Shown one piece after another: positions 27,904 to 32,000 of a stretch of DNA of 32,000 nucleotides (the stretch's first letter is position 1; the number at the start of each line of letters is the position of its first letter). Both the position numbers and the translations under genes were made by a program. The stretch comes from Cereibacter sphaeroides 2.4.1 (GTDB lineage: Bacteria > Pseudomonadota > Alphaproteobacteria > Rhodobacterales > Rhodobacteraceae), in the NCBI RefSeq assembly GCF_000012905.2, contig NC_007494.2, positions 720,001-752,000 of the forward strand. Reading direction: 5' to 3'. The notes beneath the pieces are model-generated. The model made no database searches. It saw nothing but the letters and a program-made list of their open reading frames with translations, and was not told the DNA's origin.

Positions 27904-28419
27904 CGCACACTCTCAGTCCATCACCGAATTAGCACCAGCGATGCGGAGATTTCATTGCGGTCCACCGGATGGACTGCTCCTCGCCTGACGCTTCGTCTGT
28001 CGTACCGCGCTGCCTCAAGCGGCCCTCCTCTCAGTTGGCTTCACTATGACTGATCGCCGCGTTCTGAATGAGCACCCGCTATCCTGTTGTAGCTGTGCCG
28101 ACTATGCCACTGACGTCAGTCGGCTCACCTTCCTTCCTGATCGATTTCAGCGGCGATGCAGCACAGAACACGTTCGGCAACTCCGGACTGGATGCGATCC
28201 TGCGCCGCGCGGCTCCGATCGCCATGTGCACAAGGCAGTGCTTGCCGCTTTCTGCGGCTCGTCGTCGCAGTGCGGACGTCGCAGGCACGCGGTTGGAAAG
28301 GCGCGTCTTACACGGCCGATCAAGACCCAGCTTTAGCCGGCCCCTCGGCGCACGTCGCGCGCTACCACAGATAGGGCGCTAGGTGGTCTTGCGTCACGCT
28401 GAGCAAACGCAGCGAATCC

Positions 28420-28450
28420 TTGCAAACAGATGAAACCATCTGATTGATAG
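28420..28450 (+). promoter_or_regulatory. Putative promoter with embedded perfect palindrome (operator-like) upstream of the four-gene operon
   Basis: TTGCAA (28420-28425) is a possible -35 and ATTGAT/TGATAG (28443-28450) a possible -10. CAGATG-aaac-CATCTG (28427-28442) lies between them. A 7-bp hairpin GGCCGAA-ctc-TTCGGCC follows at 28466-28482 in the leader. Confidence 0.35.
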
Positions 28451-28517
28451 ACCAGAGAAGACAATGGCCGAACTCTTCGGCCTCCAGAGTTTCGCAAACT
28501 GATAAGGATCAACGAAA

Positions 28518-28895
28518 TTGGGCAGCAGCGGATCGGGCAGGTTTTCTGACTATAGTGGCGCAGAACGACAATCCGAAGGGAGAGGGGGTGAGTCTGGAGG
28601 CTCGAGTGGAGGCGACAGATGTCGTCAAGCCTTCAGTGTCAGCCTCGAAGATGTTGGACTGTACAGCTATTTCTCCAAAACAGGCACTGTGCCTACAGTT
28701 GGCACTGCTCTGACATTGACATTTAGAACGCGCATCTTGGCCGCCGATGCAGCTGGCGTAGAGATTGGCGCGTTGCCAACGCCATTCAACTACTTGGCCG
28801 CATGTATTAGAGATGGCATTAGCTATACTGGAGTTGTCACGAATTCCAGTGCGTTGCCCGCGCCTAGGGTGGATGTCGATTTTGTGCCGGTATAA
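28518..28895 (+). CDS. Small protein (125 aa) with Gly/Ser-rich N-terminal tail and a beta-rich C-terminal domain; first gene of the operon
   Basis: The frame opens at 28506. The first and only upstream start is TTG 28518, with AAGGA at 28504-28508. It ends 2 nt before the next ATG. The N-terminal 35 aa contain 20 Gly/Ser (MGSSGSGRFSDYSGAERQSEGRGGESGGSSGGDRC). Confidence 0.65.
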   Translation: MGSSGSGRFSDYSGAERQSEGRGGESGGSSGGDRCRQAFSVSLEDVGLYSYFSKTGTVPTVGTALTLTFRTRILAADAAGVEIGALPTPFNYLAACIRDGISYTGVVTNSSALPAPRVDVDFVPV

Positions 28896-28897
28896 CG

Positions 28898-30226
28898 ATG
28901 CTTGACAAGCCTGTCCTACTGCTGGGCGAAATCTGCGTGGATTTCACGCTTTCTACGCCAATGTCATCCGCCAAGATGCGCCTTGGCGGCGTAGTTCACG
29001 CAGCAAGGGGTCTGTGGGCATTAAATGTACCGTACTCGGTAGCCGCTATTTGCCCAGATTATCTGGTCTCAGAGGCGGAGGCGTATCTTTACGCTCATGG
29101 ATGTACTAACTTCATTCAGGTAGGCACTGTGCTTGGCGCCCCTAACGTCTTCCTAATTGGAGACGCGAGAGAAGTGGGGCATCAGGGATACGAGAACATC
29201 CTGCGCGAAGCAAAGAAGGTGCTGACGTTCGATCTAGACGAGAAACTAAGGGGCTTCAAAAACATAGTAGTTTATCCGGGCACTTTCGATTTCGAGGGTA
29301 TTGTCAAAAACCTTGATAGCGACGCGAAAATCACTGTTGACATTGCATACGACGTGAATGATGCAGATGAACTTTCCAGAGTTTACGGCGCATCTCATGC
29401 GCTAGCCATATCAACATCATCTGAGTTATTTTCCTCTCTTGCCCTTGAGAATTTGGGGCCACTTTTGAAGGCCTGCAAGACTCGAAGCGCAAAGCATCTT
29501 CTGCTAAAGGAGAATAGAGGGGGGAGCAGACTATTCGACTTAGAATCCGGAGAAAGCTGGGAAATCCCAGCCACACTGGCTAGAACAGTAAACTCTGTGG
29601 GGGTGGGCGATGTTTATACCGCTGTATTTGCGGCATTAATAGACCATGGCGCACTTACGGCCGCCCTTCGCGGGATGCAAGCTGCTACACGCTACGCGCA
29701 GACGACATTTCCCGACGACTTCAAGAGAGACGTTCAACGTGACTTCAAGCTAACACCTGATGAAGTCCTGTCGCTGGGCGGTGTACTGCTGCCATGGCAC
29801 GACCGACCTCACTTCGAAATTTATCTGGCCGCACCTGACTTCTCGTATATGGAGAAAGCTGAAGTTGACGCTGCAGTGGAGGCGCTCCTCTATCATAATT
29901 TTACGGTCAGACGCCCCGTACAAGACAATGGAGAAGCATGCCCTGGAACCCCGGCGGAAGATCTGCGGTCCTACTACGATAGAGATGTCGAACTGTTGAG
30001 GCGCTGCAGTTTAGTATTTGCTGTCCCGCTGAACCGCGATCCAGGAACGCTTGTTGAAATTGGCCTTGCCATTGCGGCTGGCACGCCGGTCGTTACCTAC
30101 GATCCGCGGCAAGAGAACAATAATACGATGGTGATCTGCGGCAGCGACGCCTACTCAGATGACTTGGACCAGTGCTTGAACTCGACGTTCGAACTTCTCG
30201 CCAAACTGCGGGAGCAAGCGAAATGA
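28898..30226 (+). CDS. Fusion protein: PfkB-family sugar/nucleoside kinase (aa 1 to about 290) + nucleoside 2-deoxyribosyltransferase/DNPH1-like domain (aa about 305-442)
   Basis: Kinase part: MRLGGVVHAARGLWAL (GG motif) and TVNSVGVGDVYTAVFAALI (PfkB signature 2 with the catalytic Asp). C-terminal part: FEIYLAAPDFS ... NRDPGTLVEIGLAIAAGTPVVTYD (NDT-family AGPxF-like loop and D.GT..E.G.A motif with the conserved Glu). Confidence 0.88.
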   Translation: MLDKPVLLLGEICVDFTLSTPMSSAKMRLGGVVHAARGLWALNVPYSVAAICPDYLVSEAEAYLYAHGCTNFIQVGTVLGAPNVFLIGDAREVGHQGYENILREAKKVLTFDLDEKLRGFKNIVVYPGTFDFEGIVKNLDSDAKITVDIAYDVNDADELSRVYGASHALAISTSSELFSSLALENLGPLLKACKTRSAKHLLLKENRGGSRLFDLESGESWEIPATLARTVNSVGVGDVYTAVFAALIDHGALTAALRGMQAATRYAQTTFPDDFKRDVQRDFKLTPDEVLSLGGVLLPWHDRPHFEIYLAAPDFSYMEKAEVDAAVEALLYHNFTVRRPVQDNGEACPGTPAEDLRSYYDRDVELLRRCSLVFAVPLNRDPGTLVEIGLAIAAGTPVVTYDPRQENNNTMVICGSDAYSDDLDQCLNSTFELLAKLREQAK

Positions 30227-30846
30227 GCTTCGCGCTATTAATGGCATCTGGCGGGTTGGACTCGACAACAGTTGCATACTGGCTCACCGAAAGGGGGGTA
30301 CAATTTATTCCGGTCTTCTTCGACTACGGGCAGCACTGCGTGGAGACCGAGTGGGAAACACTTAAGGAGGTACTGCCAGCATCGGCTGCACATCCAGAAA
30401 GAAATGATATCTCCGACCTTTTTAGGGGATCGAAGTCAAGGTTGATAACAGAGGCTGACCTTTGGAATGAAGAGGTGAAGGATGAAGATCTTTACGTGCC
30501 TTACCGAACTCTTCTATTCTATTCTGCAGCTGCGGCACGTGCCCAGACACTGGGAGCGTTTGAGGTTTACACCGGCTTTATCAACAGCAACCGCGCTAAG
30601 GAGATCGACTGTACGGCCGAGTTCATGAACAAGCTCGACGCGCTTACTGACTCGGTTGGTCCAGTCCGGTTCTTGTCACCGTTTCGCTTCTGGTCCAAGT
30701 CAGAAGTCGCAAAGGAATCTATTCGACTGGGAGTTCCAATTGGGCGCACCTTCTCCTGCCAAGCTGCGAGCCTGATGCCTTGTGGCGCTTGCCCTAACTG
30801 CGTCGAACGTCTAGCAGCGCTTCGAGAAACAGGGTTACTGGCATGA
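30223..30846 (+). CDS. QueC-like PP-loop ATP pyrophosphatase (7-cyano-7-deazaguanine synthase family paralogue)
   Basis: ATGA overlap with the upstream stop. MSFALLMASGGLDSTT (SGGLDS PP-loop), FFDYGQH, VPYRTLLF, and a zinc knuckle SCQAASLMPCGACPNC (C-x8-C-x2-C-x2-C). Confidence 0.9.
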   Translation: MSFALLMASGGLDSTTVAYWLTERGVQFIPVFFDYGQHCVETEWETLKEVLPASAAHPERNDISDLFRGSKSRLITEADLWNEEVKDEDLYVPYRTLLFYSAAAARAQTLGAFEVYTGFINSNRAKEIDCTAEFMNKLDALTDSVGPVRFLSPFRFWSKSEVAKESIRLGVPIGRTFSCQAASLMPCGACPNCVERLAALRETGLLA

Positions 30847-31508
30847 GCTCGATGGCTATAGACAACGACGCGGTGGAAATTCTCATTGCTGCACGGCGGG
30901 TTGCAAACTTTGCGTGTCTCCAGGGCGTCCCTGCCGATTCGCGCCACCCTCGCGCGTGTTATCAGCACATGGGTGCGATCCTCGTCGACACAACGTTACA
31001 GGCTGGGCTGAATTACGCAAATGTGGTGCGGCCCAGAGTTACGCGTGCACTTGCGCTGTTTCCAGAAGCGACGACGATTGGCGCCCTCATAGAGATTGTT
31101 GAATCTGGCAAGAGCGCAGCGATTTTAAACTGGCAGCATCCGTTAAAGATATCAAGATTCGAGAGGATTGTAAATTTCTTACATCGCAACGATGTTCGAG
31201 ACTCGAAGGAACTTCGAAGAAGGCTTTCGAATAAAGATTTTTGTGCTTTACTTCAAGATATCCACGGAGTGGGGCCAAAAACGGTGGACTACATGGCGTG
31301 CTTGGTTGGCGTTGAGTCTATTGCGGTAGATCGACACATAAGAAGCTTTGCCCAAGAAGTTGGCATACTGGATAAAGACTATTCCTTCCTGAAACATGTG
31401 TTTTGTGCAGCCGCGGATCTACTCGCTATATCGAGACGAGAATTCGATGCATGGGTTTGGCGTCACGAAGTTGAGCGCAAGTCACCACAAATGGCCTTTT
31501 CGTTCTAG
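30843..31508 (+). CDS. HhH-GPD superfamily DNA-glycosylase-like protein (EndoIII/OGG-like, no Fe-S cluster motif)
   Basis: ATGA overlap with the QueC-like stop. ILVDTTLQAGLNYANV, LLQDIHGVGPKTVDYMACLVGVESIAVDRHIRSFAQEVGI: helix-hairpin-helix with Lys in GVGPKT and Asp in VDRH, at the positions of the EndoIII catalytic Lys/Asp (recall). There is no C-terminal Cys-x6-Cys-x2-Cys-x5-Cys. Confidence 0.85.
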   Translation: MSSMAIDNDAVEILIAARRVANFACLQGVPADSRHPRACYQHMGAILVDTTLQAGLNYANVVRPRVTRALALFPEATTIGALIEIVESGKSAAILNWQHPLKISRFERIVNFLHRNDVRDSKELRRRLSNKDFCALLQDIHGVGPKTVDYMACLVGVESIAVDRHIRSFAQEVGILDKDYSFLKHVFCAAADLLAISRREFDAWVWRHEVERKSPQMAFSF

Positions 31509-31767
31509 AGCTGGAGCTGACCTGTTTCATTCCGATCTGCTGTTGTTTTTCCTTATCTAGATCAGACGCACGTGAATGTTCGCGGAAGGCAGCGACTAGC
31601 ACCCGATACGAGCTTAAGAATTGGCCGTTTTGCCGACATCCTGACCAAGCTCAGCATTTTGCTCGAAGGTTCGCCCCGATACGTCTTCAAGGAAGGTTCA
31701 GCTTTCGCCCAATAGCGATGGTAGAGGAGCGAGCTTCGCTCCCCCGCAGATCTTACTTCTTGATCTG

Positions 31768-32000
31768 CTAGATGGGCTTAAACATGCTTTCCGCGACATC
31801 TGACTTGAGCCGAGCCCAGAACTCTACGGCATACCTATCCGTCATTCCTGCGACAAAGTCGCAAATGTGACGCGCCTGCAAATCCTTATCCCCACCGGCC
31901 TCCTGAACCCGCTTGCGCACGTCGTCGGGCATAAGCAGATGTCCGCTCTTCTTTTCCAGCGCCTCGAATATTTCCCCCACCAACTCGGTACCACGGTACT
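31768..32000 (-). CDS. dGTPase-like HD-domain triphosphohydrolase, C-terminal end only (5' part outside the window)
   Basis: The frame stays open to the window edge. ...ARHICDFVAGMTDRYAVEFWARLKS is the conserved C-terminal dGTP triphosphohydrolase block (D.iaGMTDryA). Convergent with the operon. Confidence 0.7.
   Translation of the reverse strand, partial: YRGTELVGEIFEALEKKSGHLLMPDDVRKRVQEAGGDKDLQARHICDFVAGMTDRYAVEFWARLKSDVAESMFKPI

Larger units (their letters stand above)
27095..32000. other. AT-richer accessory island (continues beyond the window)
   Basis: There is an abrupt compositional drop at about 27095. Sampled 60-nt lines are 37-53% GC, against about 65-70% elsewhere. The codon usage of every ORF here differs from the rest of the window. 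Confidence 0.75.

Noticed and set aside
27904-28440. ORFs of 69-104 aa in the divergent intergenic region (28046-28336, 28068-28382, 28079-28288, 28156-28374). I considered a missing regulator or a transposase/recombinase relic.
   Set aside because: They overlap each other in several frames, have no Shine-Dalgarno sequence or recognisable motif (no HTH, no catalytic signature), and have odd Cys/Arg-rich composition. The region may be a decayed gene, but nothing supports a call.
28444-28713. 89-aa ORF overlapping the start of the operon's first gene in another frame.
   Set aside because: It starts within the putative -10 region, has no Shine-Dalgarno sequence, and terminates inside gene 1. 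The 28518 frame runs exactly to the next gene's start and has an AAGGA Shine-Dalgarno sequence.

Overview
High-GC (about 65-70% by eye) alphaproteobacterial, Rhodobacterales-like chromosomal segment. All assignments come from reading the translations and recalling family motifs. No database search was run.

**1-6.9 kb, housekeeping.** The 3' part of a cyclic beta-1,2-glucan synthase gene (ndvB/chvB type), an NTF2-like gene, and an intact groEL paralogue preceded by a frame-broken groES remnant.

**6.9-13.9 kb.** A Crp/Fnr regulator and a small membrane-protein gene that appears split by a roughly 2.1-kb inversion. A decayed copy of a phage lysis cassette (endolysin with a nonsense codon, membrane protein with a frameshift) follows. 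Next come small conserved hypotheticals, two divergent cspA paralogues and a DUF982 gene.

**13.9-15.1 kb.** An ORF-poor, hairpin-dense stretch of unknown nature.

**15.1-26.6 kb, eroded lambda-like prophage.** It retains:
- a tyrosine integrase
- a C5-methyltransferase-like gene
- a DUF4326 fragment fused to a 5'-truncated portal
- an S49 protease/scaffold
- a frameshifted tail fibre
- a holin-like gene, BrnTA, a Dam methylase, an M15 endolysin and a membrane protein

Terminase, major capsid, tail tube and tape-measure genes are absent.

**27.1-32 kb, AT-richer island (about 45-55% GC).** This is the most interesting part. It holds a tightly coupled four-gene operon:
- a small protein with a Gly/Ser-rich N-terminal tail
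- a PfkB kinase fused to a nucleoside 2-deoxyribosyltransferase-like domain
- a QueC-like enzyme
- an HhH-GPD glycosylase-like protein

The operon is flanked by a divergent hypothetical with an Rx5H motif and by the 3' end of a convergent dGTPase-like gene. The operon resembles, but does not match, the known QueC-containing systems (QatABCD, type IV CBASS ancillary genes, Dpd). I flag it as a candidate undescribed 7-deazapurine-linked, probably defence, system.
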